Part shown: positions 28,543 to 43,212 of the stretch, piece after piece | How positions within the stretch are numbered: the stretch's first letter is position 1 | Layout of the letters: every line of letters starts with the position of its first letter | Assembly: GCA_951406725.2 (NCBI GenBank) | Contig: OX597816.1 | Coordinates: 116,622,001-116,686,000, forward strand | DNA length: 64,000 nucleotides | Source of the DNA: Octopus vulgaris | Taxonomy: Eukaryota | Direction: 5' to 3' | The notes under the pieces: model-generated | What the model was told of the DNA's origin: nothing | Database searches by the model: none | The model's input: the letters and a program-made list of their open reading frames with translations, nothing else | Position numbers and translations under genes: made by a program

Positions 28543-29900
28543 CTAAGTAAAACAAATAATGAAGAACTACAATACAAAAAAACATAAATAAAAAACATTA
28601 ATAATAATAATAATAATGGCTAAATGTCTGAGTTGAGTTGTTAATAAGATTATAGATTTTCTAACTATTAACCTCATCTTTAGAGAGGAAGATGTTTTTA
28701 ATATTTACTGCTACACTACATTTCAATCAGAGATCAAACAGATCAAAATATAATGTAGATATAAATATTAAATAAAATTCATCTCTATTGATGAAGTTAT
28801 TAATCCGAAAAATTCTAATCTTAAAAACAAAAACAAAAGAAAAACGATACACTATCTTCAGATTTATAGAGGAGCGGTAGTTTCTTTATTTTATTCCTTT
28901 TGCTCAATCAAATTAAAATTTAGTCATAGATTTAATTTGACAAGAACCTAACTTTTTCACTGTATCACTGAGCACATCATCATCATTATCATCATCATCA
29001 TCATTTTGCTGTACGCTTTTCCATGCTTTTATGGGTCAGATAGAATTCATTGAGGCAGATTTTCTATGGCTGGATACCTGTTTTTGTCACCACCCTTCAT
29101 GTGTTTCTATTATTTCTCTTTTGCCGGATGTGTTGTTGCAGAAGATTGGAAAGAAAAGTTATTATTCACATGGTGGTAACACTTGTTTACAACAATTGAA
29201 TAATGTGAAAATTAGAAAACACAACCACACACACACACATACACATGCATGCACAAGCACACACCCATGAACACACAGTCATGCATATGTTCATACACAC
29301 AAACACACATACATATGCATACATACATGCAAACACACTCCCACATGCACACACACACAGATGCATACTCAAGCGCATACATACAAACACACACACACAC
29401 AAACACACACATGCATATACAAGCACACACCCATGAATACATAGTCATGCACATGTTCATACACACAAATACACACACATATGCATACGCACATGCAAAC
29501 ACACTCCCACACGCACACACACACGCAGATGCATATTCAAGCGGATACATACAAACACTCACATACACACACACATCCACATGCATGCATTCACACACAC
29601 ACACACACACATATGATGGCCTTTCAGTTTCCATCTACCAAACCTACTCACAAGTCTTTGGTCGGCCCAGGGACACAGTGTGGGATTGAACTTGGAAACA
29701 TGCTGTTGGGAAGCAAACATCCTATCTACACAACCATGCTTAAATAATGTAAACAATTCTATTTCCAAGATAAACTACAAATCATATAGTAAATACCTCG
29801 GGTCAACTTAGCAGATCACAGAAGTGGTCCAGGTATACTGAGGAATTCTGTACCTACTGTACCATTAGAGATATTGTATTCATATATATTTATGACAAAT

Positions 29901-30117
29901 CAAAAGCAGCAAGCTGGCAGAATCATTAGCACACCAGGTAAAAATGCTTAGCAGCATTTCATCTGTCTTTATGTTGTGAGTTCAAATTCCGCTGAGGTCG
30001 ACTTTGCTTTTCATCCTTTCAGGGTCAATAAAAAAGTACCAGCTGAGCACTGGGGTCAATATAATTGACTTACCCCTCGCCCGAAATTACTGTCCTTATG
30101 CCAAAATTTGAAATCAA
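29901..30117 (+). mobile_element. SINE family C with 16-bp TSD
   Basis: TATATTTATGACAAAT lies on both sides. Confidence 0.85.
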
Positions 30118-30169
30118 TATATTTATGACAAATTGGACAAACTGAGCACCTCTTTCTATAACATATAAT

Positions 30170-30373
30170 CCTTTCTACTATAGGCACAAGGCCTGAAATT
30201 TTGGGGTAGAGGGCTAGTCGATTACATCAACCTCAGTGTGGAACTGGTACTTATTTCATCAACCCCAAAATGATGAAACATAAAGTCAGAATTTGAACTC
30301 AGAACGTAAAGATGGACGAAATGCCACTAAGAAGTTTGCTCGGCATGCTAACAATTCCACCAGCTTGCCGCCT
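30170..30373 (-). mobile_element. SINE family C with 17-bp TSD
   Basis: TTTCTATAACATATAAT lies on both sides; inverted relative to the 29901 copy. Confidence 0.85.
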
Positions 30374-30699
30374 TTTCTATAACATATAATAACAGAAGAA
30401 TTTATGCTTAGATGCTACCAGCTAATCAACCATATCTCAGTTATGCAAACATCTCACAAACTCTGCCATAGCCAGTCCCAAGCCTGGTTGAGAAAGGAGG
30501 AGGGTGGTAGTTGTAAGGTTAGCAGCCATCCACTATCAATTCTCAACATAGTTGAGATTTTAGCTTGACTGTGAAAAAGTGCTACACCTCTGGTCAATTT
30601 AATTTACAAAACAATGCATGCAATGACAACGTGGGTTAATTAATTCATTCATTCACGGTGCATTAGACAATAGTTTTGGATTACAAAGTCATAACTTAC

Positions 30700-30720
30700 A
30701 TTTAAAATTATCCAAATATA
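30700..30720 (-). CDS. Candidate 21-nt micro-exon (xYLDNFK)
   Basis: Minus strand: ttcacagtatatttacag|TATATTTGGATAATTTTAAAT|gtaagtt. Confidence 0.28.
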
Positions 30721-30857
30721 CTGTAAATATACTGTGAACATGTTGATTAATCTACATTGTGTCATGCAAGTTAGACAGACCGTTTTAGCTACATTTTTGT
30801 ATATATATTACAAATAGCTATTAGCTACTAATCTCTTCATTGATAGATGAATATTCT

Positions 30858-30898
30858 TTCTCTGATGAAAGTCTAACAAAACTGGAACCTGTTTGGAG
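30858..30898 (+). ncRNA. Degenerate hammerhead-like motif
   Basis: TCT-CTGATGA-AAGTCTAACAAAACT-GGAACCTGT; homologous to 31334-31374(-). Confidence 0.4.
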
Positions 30899-31015
30899 CC
30901 CATAATCTTTTGCCCTGAAGAGAGAAAGAGAGAGAAATTGGTGCAAATACTTAGTCTTCTCACAGAAGCTAAAACTGTTTTCTCACAGAAGCTAAAAATG
31001 TTTTCTCACAGAAGT

Positions 31016-31250
31016 TAAGGCGGCGAACTTGCAGAAACGTTAGCACACCAGGTGAAATGCTTTGTGGTATTTCGTTCGTCGCTGCGTTCTGAGTTCAAAT
31101 TCTGCAGAGGTCAACTTTGCCTTTCAACTCTTTCAGGGTCGATAAATTAAGTACCAGTTATGCACTGGGGTCGATGTAATCAACTTAATCTGTTTGTCTG
31201 TCCTTGTTTGTCCCCTCTATGTTTAGCCCCTTGTGGGCAATAAAGAAATA
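31016..31250 (+). mobile_element. SINE family C variant
   Basis: AAGGCGGCGAACTTGCAGAAACGTTAGC head, TTCTGAGTTCAAATTC, 3' end CAATAAAGAAATA. Confidence 0.75.
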
Positions 31251-31333
31251 AAAAGCTAAAAGTGTGTGTTTATTAAAAATGATAGACCAGGGATGGGGAA
31301 ACTTTTTGAATAAACAGGCTGCTTAAGATTGGA

Positions 31334-31374
31334 GTATGACCAGTTTCTGATCTTGTTAGATCTTCATCAGAGAA
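31334..31374 (-). ncRNA. Minimal type-I hammerhead ribozyme candidate
   Basis: Minus strand: TCT-CTGATGA-A-GATCT-aaca-AGATC-A-GAAACTGGTC-A; 5-bp stem II and a GUC site. Confidence 0.6.
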
Positions 31375-31779
31375 AATGGAAAATTAGTAGTTGCATGAAA
31401 CATGGCTCAACATCAGATGTGCCACAAAAGATACCACACATCATCAAGCAGGCTGCATTACTAAAAGATTTCAAGGCCATTCTTTGTTATGCATGCCATT
31501 CAAAAAGTTCCTTGATGGCAGTAGACCTTGTATCTCAAAAAACAGGCATTACATAAACTTTGCCCATATTAAATCAAACATTAATTCCGTTACTCTGTGT
31601 ATATATTTTATCATAAATGAGGAAAGTTCAGAACACAATATTAGCAGGATTTGAACTTGGTACCATGTAATATAAAAGCAAGTTGCAGGATGAGGTTATT
31701 CAAGTTCTCCCTCAATTTTCAACGTCAAGACTATAAGAAAAGTAATATTAATAGTTATAGTACCAACAACAAGAATGAC

Positions 31780-31814
<35 letters not shown>

Positions 31815-32243
31815 CAATAAGCTACACTCAATTAAGCTTTCTGCTTGTTTTTTTTTTATTGCAACTTAAAATTTAATTGTTTAATTTACTTTTTAATGAA
31901 AACCAAGAATAATTATGTTGTTTTTAAAGTGTTAAAAGGGAAGAAGAAGAAGAAGAAGAAGAAGGTGACGACATGGTAGCCATGATGGTGATGAAATTAA
32001 TTTAAATTGAATTGTAAAAAACAAAGTATAAAAATGAGTGTCACACCTTTTAAATACACTCAAGTGAATGGAGAGTATATACCATATAAATTAAACATGT
32101 AGTGTGTATATATATATAGCTAGATGTGCCAGTGGTTCTGTAATGTATTTATGTATGTGTATATATATATATATATATGTAGGTGTGTATGTATATATAT
32201 ACATATATATACACATATATATATATACATATATATATACACA

Positions 32244-32285
<42 letters not shown>

Positions 32286-32752
32286 CATATATATATACAC
32301 ATATATATATATGTTATATACATACATAAATATATATATATATATACATACATACATACATATATTTCTATATCTATATCTATCTATATATATATATATA
32401 TGTGTGTGAGATATTTATGCATACATATAGATACACATTTAAGTAAAAAAATATTTTGATGTTTTGATGTATATATAATAAATGGGAAAGCATATCTGGT
32501 TGAGAATGTACAATATGTATATATATTTTATATACTGTAGTGCCTATGTATACATGTGTACATTGCAATATACATATTCTAATATTCATGTACAATTATA
32601 TTGTTCTGTATATATTTATGTTTTAACACCTTTATTTCTGCAAGTACGGGGATGTGTTACATTTATCATGTATGTAATAAATGTGTATATACATATGTAA
32701 ACGCATGCACATACACATAGATATGTATGTATACATATATATAGATGTATAC

Positions 32753-32828
<76 letters not shown>

Positions 32829-33787
32829 GTAAGCAAAAGTTCATACAGCTGAAAGCTTGTATATATATATGTTATGGTTTCATACTACAACAAACTTCAT
32901 TTAAAGTAACACTAGTGTATATCAGATAGAAGGTTATTTGTAATATTGATGGTAGTAGTAGCCATATATGTGGTAGTGGTGGTGGTGCCGTTGGTGGTGG
33001 TGATGGTGATGGTAGTGGTGGTGTTGGCAGTGCTGGTGATGGTTGTGGTGGTGGTCGTGGTGGTCATGGTGGTGGCGGCGGCAATAATAGAAGTGGTTAG
33101 TGATGATCTAGAGTACAGCAATGGTAGTAAGGACAGTGAAGTTGTAGCAGAAGTAGTAAAAAGTAGTAGTAGTAGTAGTAGTAGTGTAGAATGTATGTGA
33201 TAGTAGTAGTAATGGCATCAGTGGCAGTGGTGGTGTTGGTGATGACAGAAGTGGTTATGGTCGTTGTAGTGGTTACAGTGGTGGTAGTCATGGTACAGCT
33301 GGTGTTTATGGTGGCAATTGCAGTAATAAAAATAGTTTATGATGATGGTGGTGATGATGATGATGATGATGATGATGACGATGACGACGACGACGACGAC
33401 GACGACGATGATGATGATGATATGGTTGAGATGGAGGAGGAGGAATACGTCTTCAGTCTTTGGCAATGTTAATGATGATGATGATGACAGTGGTCATAGT
33501 GAGTTAGTTCCCAGGAAGGTAATTTGGGTGAATATGATGACATCCCCTCTGCTCTGCCATCTACTGCTTATAGAACCCTTGTTCCCTAACTGCACCCTAA
33601 CCCAAACCCCCTCCTCCCTATACCTACCTCACCCCTTATGCAAAAATTCTTACTCAAACTCCACACAAAACATTTGAGGATTTGCCTCTCATAATGTTGT
33701 CATTAATGGTGGTTAACATATGCTGGTGTTTCACGGCATATGTGTGACATGTGACCAAGTGCAGTGCTCAAACAACTATATATATGT

Positions 33788-33876
<89 letters not shown>

Positions 33877-34268
33877 CATATGAATATGTTCATACATACA
33901 TACATACATATAAACATGCATATATAAATATATGCATATATACATGCTCTCACACACACACAAGATATATATATATATTATAAACATTTATATATGTGCG
34001 TGTTAGATGTGTATATGTATATATATATTATAAAAATATGCAAATATACATATGCACATATATATATATGTATATATATGTATATATATATATATATGTA
34101 TATATATAGACACACATGTATATATACATACACACATACATAGATACATACACACACACACACACATACATATATACATACACAAACATACATACATGCA
34201 TAGAAATGTAGAAGAAGAAGAAGAAGAAAAAGAAGAAGGAGAAGAAGAAGAAGAAGAAGAAGAAGAAG

Positions 34269-34300
<32 letters not shown>

Positions 34301-34500
34301 CAACAACAACAACAGCAGCAGCATTGATGTCAATGACAGCAACAACGACATCAACAACAGAGGAAGAAACCGCACATTAAATAACAAACAAGGGACACAA
34401 GCTAAAACAGCAAGAGAAAGAAATGTTTCCCTGCAGGGGTGCCATCACTTTTATGTTGAGTCCTGGAGGAGGTACAAGCTGGTGTTTAAAGAGTGTGTGT

Positions 34501-34550
<50 letters not shown>

Positions 34551-35269
34551 GGATGGTGTTGGGTGTCTGTATACACACCTCTACAAAAGTGCAACACACC
34601 AGGTAGAACCCTCTTCTCTCATCCCCTCAATTAGAATCAATCTTAACTGACATCTGCTGACATCCCCCTTTCGTTTTTTTTTTGTATGTTTTATTTTTAT
34701 TTTTTGTTTATATTGTTGTTTTGTCTTTCATGAATACAATGGTCGTGGAGATGGTGGCAGCAACAGCAGTGGTTGTGGTGGTAGTGGTGTTGGCGGTGGT
34801 GGTAGTGATGATGATGATGATGAGGATGATGATGAGGATGAGGATGATGATGATGGTGATGGTGATGGTGATGATGATGATGGTGATGATGGTGAGGAGG
34901 AGGAGGAAGGCCAGTGGTCGCGATTGCGGAAGGTTGATCACAATATCAATATAGAAATTATCATGAAGCTGATGTTGTTATGTTAAAAGCCGATATTGAA
35001 GATGCTGACATTAAAAGATATGATGGTGACATTGAAGACGGCGCCGCCACTGCCGCCAATGATGATGATGATGGTGATAACGACAATGATGCCACCGCCT
35101 ATGATGATGATGACCATGTTGATGATGATAATGATGATAATAGTACCAGTAGTATATTATGGTGAGCAATAGGAAGGTCACAATTACAATAACTTTTAGA
35201 CTTCAAATGTCTCCAAAGGTAAATTTAGCTGTCATTTTATTGGGGTTCAGCAGTAGAATGTGATTTACT

Positions 35270-35620
35270 TTTTATCTTTTATTTTTTTACTTGCTTCAGT
35301 CATTAGACTGTGGCCATGTTAGAGCACCACCTTGAAGTATCTTAGACAAACAAATCAACACCAGTACTTCTTCCCATTTTCAGCCTGGTACTTATTCAAT
35401 TGGTCCCTTTTGCCAAACTGCAAAGTTACAAGGGCACAAACACACACCAACACATTGATATATATAAATGATGGGCTTTTTGCAATTTCAGTCTATGAAA
35501 TTCACTTACAAGGCTTTGGTCAGCCCAAGGTTATTATAAAAGAATTTTGCCAAAGGTACCATACAGTGGGATTGAACCTGGAACTATGTGGTTGGGAAGC
35601 AAACTTCTTACTGCACCAGC
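35270..35620 (-). mobile_element. SINE family B
   Basis: Reverse complement of the family B tail, body and head. Confidence 0.75.
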
Positions 35621-35901
35621 TATGTATTAATTTAGGCATTATTTCTAGTATGTCAAATGACCCTCTTAACAGAACCTACACACTGTCCCATCATATGCAT
35701 ATACATACTTTCAGGGCAGTAAGATACCAGAATAATTAGCACATAGCATTTTGTCCATCTTTACATTCTGAGTTCAAATTCTGCTGAGGTCAACTTCTTA
35801 TTTTTCATTAAAAAGTAAATTAAACAATTAAATTTTAAGTTGCAATAAAAACAAAACAAGCGTAAAGTTTAATTGAGGGTAGCTTATTGTTATTGTTGTT
35901 G

Positions 35902-35948
<47 letters not shown>

Positions 35949-36288
35949 GTGAAGGCGCATGGCTCAGTAGTTAGAGCGTCAAGCTTACGATCGTGAAGTT
36001 GTGAGTTCAAATCCCAGACCGAGCTGCATGTTGTGTTCTTAAGCAAGACACTTTATTTCATGTTACTCCAGTTCACTCAGCTGTAAAAATGCGTTGCGAT
36101 GTCACAGGTGTCAAGCTGTATTGGCCCCTTTGCCTTTCCCTTGGATAACACTGGTAGCGTGTAGAGGGGATGCCAGTATGCATGGATGATTGCTGGTCTT
36201 CCATAAACAACCTTGCCCGGACTTGTGCCTGGGAAGGTAACTTTCTAGGTGCAATCCCACAGTCAGTCATGACCGAAGGAGGTCTCAG
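35949..36288 (+). mobile_element. SINE family A within an (ATT)n tract
   Basis: Collinear with 7876-8215; B box GAGTTCAAATCCC. Confidence 0.85.
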
Positions 36289-37356
36289 CTCAGTATTATT
36301 ATTATTATTATTATTATTGTCGTTCTTGTTGTTGCTATTATAACTAGTATTTCATCCTTCTGGAACTCAATAATAAAAAAATGTAACAGTCAAGCACTGG
36401 GATTAATATAATCAATTTATCCTTCCCTCAAAATTGCTGACCTGGTGCCAAAATTTAAAACTAATATTTAGGGCCACCCAGAGTTAAGTAAATAGAATTT
36501 TAAAAAAACACGGATTATACTTAAGATAGTTGTTGCATCAAACCTAGGAGATAACCAAGAAGAAAAGTAACTGTTTAATTCATTATTTCACATTTTGTCT
36601 TACATTTTGTCAGTCAGACAATGGAAGCATCAAATGTACACTAATGCTGTGCCACAATTGAGGAATAAATTCATATAGCAAAATCAGCATAAAAGAACAA
36701 GACAACAGTTGCCACTGGGGGTGAGAGTGGGAGTAGGGAGTTGGTGTCTCAATTCTGATGATCAGCAATGTTGATTGGAGTTTATTTACAAGCATATATT
36801 GTAATCTTATAAGAAATGCTGTTGACTACTGGTAGTAGTATTGGCTTGGAAATTTTATTTTCTGTACAGTATATATACTTTTCTATTTTGGCCTAATCGA
36901 CCAAACGACCTGTGTTGAAGGAATGCAACCTCAAATTTGCGTTGGAAGATACAGAAACATAAAGAAAATCAACAAAATGTTGAGGTAAATAAAGCAATCA
37001 ATAATTATTCTTTCCTATATAGCAACTGAATAAATTTTTAATGAATTTAAATCTGCTAGACATTGCCTAGAGCTAGCGTTGCCAGTTCTGGTTGGCCATT
37101 TGCAATGAAGCAATTTTCTCACAAATAATTTAAGAAAATATATAAAAGTGTTATTGTTTACTTTATGTTCTCACGCACACTTATACATGTGTGTTCACAA
37201 TTGTACAAGTTTGTGCAGTGTGTAAATAATTGCAAAAATGTGCATGTGCTTGCATACAAATATGTGCAATTCCATGTGAATGCATGTGTGCTTGCATGCA
37301 AACATGCATGTTAGATGTGGGAGATTCTTTGTAGAAGTTGGCATATGATAATTTTC

Positions 37357-37710
37357 ATAGGCACAGGCATGGTTGTGTGATAAGAAGCTTGCTTTCTGAT
37401 CACATAGTTCTGGGTTCAGTCCCACTGTGTGGTACCTTGTGCAAGTGTCTTTCACCATAACCTCGGGCCAACCTGAGCATCGTGAGTGGATTTGGTAGAC
37501 AGAAACTAGAAGCCTGTCATGTGTGTGTGTGTGTGTGTGTTTTGTCTGTATTTGTCCACCACCACTACCTGACCAATAAACTAGACCAATAAAATAAGTA
37601 CCAGGTTTAGTAAGATAATTATGTGTATGGGGTCAATTCATTCAACTAAAAATTCTTCAAGGCAGCGCCCTAGCATGGCTGCAGTCTAATGACTGAAACA
37701 AGTAAAAGAA
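37357..37710 (+). mobile_element. SINE family B
   Basis: GGCACAGGCATGGTTGTGTGATAAGAAG head through GACTGAAACAAGTAAAAGA tail. Confidence 0.8.
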
Positions 37711-38477
37711 AACAAAAAAAACATAGAGACAATACCACAAATTCATAAGGAAGACAAAAGGGATGCTGTGTTGTTCATGCATTTTCTTTTTCAAGAGTAA
37801 CAAAAGTTGTCAATCTTTCTTAGATTAAAAATGTATTTTGTTAGTGAATTTATACTTCTCAGGCAGCTGAGCAGACATGTCCCTGGGGCTGGTAGATGTT
37901 CTATCAACAGTCAATATCTCAGAAGGCTGGTCAGTAATTAGCAGCAAAAGTGGCATTAGGCAAGGCTTGTGCAAACAAATGTTTTTTTTTAAATGGCTTC
38001 TTTGATGTGGGATAGCTTAAGAGAATTAAATATTAGCTTTCAAATGCTGGATGAGATGTTCCTTGTTTAGCCTACAGCCAATGGTGTTCCAGCTGTAACC
38101 ATCCCATCATTTTCTTTATTGTTTTAGACATAATGTTTCCAAGACTGTATCATCCCAATGTGTCTTCCCTTCTTTTTATATAAGATGGAAGAAATATGAT
38201 TGTGAAGGAGATTTGATTGTTATCTCTAATATGTCAAATGAATCTATAGAGGAGATATTTTTGCTGCAATTGTTATTCTTTTCTTCTCTCATAAAATACA
38301 TAGATTTTCTCTTGACAAAGCAAAAGAAAAATTATTGCCAGAACCAGAGAATTCATGGCCTGTTTTTGAATTTCACTTGAAATTATTTTAACATTTCATC
38401 ACATTTTTTTTCCAAAATAAATAAATAAATAAATGAAAATAGAAAATAAAAATTAATGTTGTTGAATATAAGCTTAC

Positions 38478-38496
38478 AATGAGTTGGTTTAGATTC
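38478..38496 (-). CDS. Candidate 19-nt micro-exon (ESKPTH)
   Basis: Minus strand: ttatgtatttatcatgactag|GAATCTAAACCAACTCATT|gtaagct. Confidence 0.28.
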
Positions 38497-38564
38497 CTAG
38501 TCATGATAAATACATAATTTTTGTGAGAATGGTAAGCCTTAAATGGTCATTTGGAATGTGCCTA

Positions 38565-38636
<72 letters not shown>

Positions 38637-39205
38637 GATATATATATATATGCATGTATTCCTGCTTGATGAAAGTAAAAGTCTCTCTCTCTCTCTCAAG
38701 GGCATTGGTCCTTTGTCATTATCGCTGCAGACTATAAGGAAAAATATATCACATAGTATCAGAAACGCAGAGTATCCAAACATTGTTTTCCTTCTCAGAT
38801 GAACTTATCATTAAATAATCAGTATGACAAGAAATTTATTTCAGGAACTTTCATTCTAAGAACATGAGTGAATCCAGAAACGTAGCTATATATTTGGGTT
38901 GGAAAAAAGAGATGTGACATTTAATGAAGAGAATAAAAAAAAAATCTATGTCAAAATGTGGTTGCTAAATTCATTTTGTCAGTGCCATAGTAGTTTGCAT
39001 CCTTAGTTTTATCATTAACTACCTAACTACCCTATACATTACTGTTTCTGTATTTAATTGTCATACTGGATTTTTATGACCATTCAATTAAGTTTTTCAA
39101 GCCCAATTATTATTAATAGCTGTATGTGCTTTGAGATCCATCATCCCTGAAAATATTATTTGACATTCTCTTCAAAGTTTAAGAACTCCTATGATATCAA
39201 CAATA

Positions 39206-39264
<59 letters not shown>

Positions 39265-39448
39265 GCACTAAAATAATTGAATAAGTTGGAGTACAGAGGA
39301 ACATTTATTTGTAATTACTACAATTGTTTCCACACAAATCTGCCAAAAGGTATAATATTATTGTTGGATAGTACTGCTTGAAATCTGAAGGTGGACGAGC
39401 TTTATACTGTACCCTACTACGTTCTTAACAGAATATAACCTAGCTATA

Positions 39449-39489
<41 letters not shown>

Positions 39490-39490
<1 letters not shown>

Positions 39491-39668
39491 CATCATTTAA
39501 TGTCCACTTTCCATATTGGCATGGTTTGGACGGTTTGACATGGAGCTGGGCAGCTGGGAGCTGTCCAAACTCCAGCTGTCTGTTGTAGCATGGTTTCTAT
39601 GACTGGATGACCTTGCTAATGCCAATCACTTAACAGAGTATACTGGGTGCTTTTTAAATGCCACCAGC
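39490..39668 (-). mobile_element. RTE 3'-end fragment
   Basis: Matches 24785-25015. Confidence 0.65.
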
Positions 39669-39670
39669 AT

Positions 39671-39770
<100 letters not shown>

Positions 39771-41597
39771 CACAGACAATAGAGAAAAGGCAGAAAAGTG
39801 TGTGCATGTATGTGTGCATGCATGTGTGTGTGTGCATGCATGCATGTGTGTGTCTGAGAATGTGTTTGTGTGTATGACAGAGAACAGTTCAGATTGAGTC
39901 CAATAAGTATAAAAGAATGACCTGAGCAAAGAACAATAGGAGGAGCTAGTGGAATGTAGCAGACCACTGAAAGAGGGGGACTGGAGATGAAATGAAGGAA
40001 TGTGATAGAAGAAAGATAAGAATTTAGAATTTGGAAAATAGAGTTGAGGAGAGAATAAAGAATTGAGAGAATGAGAGAGAAAGAGGGAGGGGGTGCAGTT
40101 ATAGATAGAATGGGAATAGGATAAGAGAAATAGAAGCAGGAGAGAAATGAAATGAAATAAATTAAATATTTTGTGATAACTGGAGAAATGGAAAAATGTA
40201 GAGAAATGGAAAAATGTAGAGAAAGATGAATATAGAGATAAAGGCAATAAGAGAGACACAATAATGGGGAGAAAAATAGGAAAATGAAAGAGAATGCAGT
40301 TGAGATGTAGAAAGAGTTAATTAGAAATCTCTTGGAAATTGAAAGAGAAAACTGATAAAAAGGGATTATGAATGTGGTAAAATAAAAGGAAAGACAAAAA
40401 GAAGGAAAGAAAAAGGAAAAAAGATGGAAAGGAAGGAAATGAGAAAGAAGATGAAAATGAAGAGAAGAAAAACAAAAGTGATGAAAAGAAGAAAAAAGAT
40501 GGTATGGAAGAAAGAGGGAAAAGGAAAAAAGAAAGGGGAAAGGAAATTAGGAAAAAGTTAATGAAAGAGAAGAGATGTGTATAAAATGAGAAGCAAAGAA
40601 AACCAAGCAAAAATTTAAATTATTGAAGAAAGAATAAGAGAGAGTGACAGAGACAGACAGATGGACAGATAGACAGACAGACAAACAGACATACGCACTG
40701 ACAAAAAGATAGACAGGCAAACTGAAGAAGTGAGACTAGGAAAGAGGGGAAGACAAAGATGGGGTTTGTAGGAAAAGCGATAAAGGCTGGTTTGGAAATT
40801 GAAAGAAAATGAGAGTTTGTTTTGTAGTTTTCATTTCGGTTGTCAATGTATTTAAAAGTAATAATATTTCTGAAAGATAATTGGATGAGAGATCTTATTA
40901 AGAGGAAAACAAACGAAATTTTCTGAAATCTTTTGGAAAACAAAGCTAGAGGTGATCAAGCCATCAAACAACATTGACTTGGTAAATAAACAATCTGTTT
41001 AATGTTGTTAACAGTCTATGTATTATATAGACAACAACAACAACAATAGCAACAACAATAGCAACAACAACAAACACTGTCTCATTTTCAGATTAATATT
41101 TTTGAACAACACCAAAATGGTGGTGGTGGTGGCAGTTGCAATGGTGGTCATGGTGGTGCTGGTGGTGCTGGTAGATTTGTAAAGATCTTGTTAAAGATAA
41201 TGGGTGGCAGGGTTTATTAAGGAAGATTTGCTTGAAGGTTACACTGAACTTAGACTCAGGCCGACCTTAATCAAACAGGCCCATGATCAAAAGCATTCCA
41301 TCCATGACCATCCCATTTTTTTAAGGACTGCTTCAATTAATGTATTCCATGGTGGAGTTGTGATTTGAAAGAGATTATTCTGTGATTTTGCTATTTTCAT
41401 CAAGATTAGTACAGCACAATTTCAGGAACTGCACAAATAGTCATTTCTTGTCACTTTTTTTTAATCTATATATATACTTGTGTGTGCGTGTGTGTTGTGT
41501 GTTGTGTGTGTGTGTGTGCATGTGTGTTGTGTGTTGTGTGTGTGTGTGTGTGTGTGTGTGAGTGAGTGTGCATGTGAATATGTGTATGAATGCATAT

Positions 41598-41990
41598 GTT
41601 TGTGTGTACTTTTCTCTTAACATCATGTGATGGTTGTAAATGAGCATCACTTTCATACACGAGGTGTTGTTCATGTCCAGTTTTTCCATGAAAAAACTTG
41701 TCCAAACTTAGAGAAACATTACCTTGCTTGAAAGCAGGTAAGGGTTGGGGACAAGAAGAGCATAAGCTGCAAAAAATTTGCTTCAGCAAAATTCCATCTA
41801 ATTCATGCAAACACAGAAAATGACAACAAGGAAATATTACCTTGTTTGGAAACAGGTGGGGCTTGGGGACAAGAATGGTGTCAGCTTTAAAAAAAAAGCC
41901 TGCTTCAGCAAAATTCTATCTGACCCATGCAAGCACGAAAAAGTACACCTTAAGATGTCAACAACGATGATGATGATGATGATGATGAGA
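41598..41990 (+). repeat. Family F repeat with tandemly duplicated 3' part and (GAT)n tail
   Basis: ATTACCTTG.TTG.AA.CAGGT.GGG.TTGGGGACAAGAA occurs near 41718 and 41836. Confidence 0.6.
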
Positions 41991-42590
41991 GAAACACATA
42001 TGTATATGTGCTCAGTTCTGCTTCACTCATAATTTGCAGTTCCACCCAGACACCTGATCACTGGTATTTTTGTCTCTTTTCAACTCTGCCATAGTCATGT
42101 TAAACCTAACTAACCATGTAGCTTCACAACAGCAACACATCTGTTCCACTATTTTCCCTTCTCTTATAAATCATCTCCCACCATCTTCTAAGAGAGAGCC
42201 AGCTCAGTTGGGTATCTTACATTTGCAAACTGGTGGCATGAAAAAAAAAGACAGAAGCCAGTATATGCTTGCATTAGGGAAGGCATCCTGCTATAGAAAC
42301 AACACCATAGTAGCATTGGAGCATGATACAGTCCATGAAATTGTTCACTCAAACCAGTCCTTGCTTGTATGAAACATGGATGTTCAATGATGATGGTGAG
42401 GATGAAACATCATCATCGTTATCATCATTATCATCATCAACATCATTTAGTGTCTGTTTTCTATGCTGACATGGGTTGGATGGCTTGTCAGGAGCTGGCA
42501 AGTCAGAGGACTGCACTGAGGTGCACTATCTGTTTTGGTATGGTTTACATGGCTGGATCCCTTTCTTAATGCCAATCACTTCACAGAGGG

Positions 42591-42682
<92 letters not shown>

Positions 42683-42761
42683 GAAAAGAAATGCAGCAAC
42701 AATTAACAATTAGAAGTTGAGCATTTGTATTAAAAGGTCATAGTTTTATTGTATTAAAGAA

Positions 42762-42840
42762 CATTTACAGCTGTTTCAGTTTGTTATTTTGAAGTAAATT
42801 TGCATTTATCTCATTCCATTTAGCAAACATCGTCAGAATG
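42762..42840 (-). ncRNA. Type-I hammerhead ribozyme candidate
   Basis: Minus strand: CATT-CTGACGA-T-GTTTG...CAAAC-T-GAAACAGCTGT-A-AATG. Stem I CATT/AATG, palindromic ACAGCTGT stem III, GUA site. Confidence 0.7.
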
Positions 42841-43086
42841 ATTTAGAGTTTATTGGAGGAATATAGAGAGGAGAAAAAGGGAAATGGAAAGAAAAAGGAA
42901 AAAGACAAAATGTTCGTTACGTCTTTAGGGCTTACATTTTTGTGACCTTTTGGGTTCCACGTGTGCGTGAATGGGACAATAAGTGGAGAAAATGACTAGT
43001 TGATGAGTGTTATTAGTTGAAATGTGTATATACATATATATATATATATACATGCACATATATATTTATATATGCATATATATATA

Positions 43087-43149
<63 letters not shown>

Positions 43150-43212
43150 TTGTAAAAAATGAAGTTCGAAAATGCTGCTGTATTATACAATTTTTAATTT
43201 TTATATATACAT

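Noticed and set aside
32946-33500. Poly-V/D/M/T ORFs
   Set aside because: GTG/GAT/GAC trinucleotide low-complexity sequence.
39262-39450. Module between (TA)n runs with minus-strand GAAACAATTGTA
   Set aside because: Palindromic stem III is present but no core or stem II was found.
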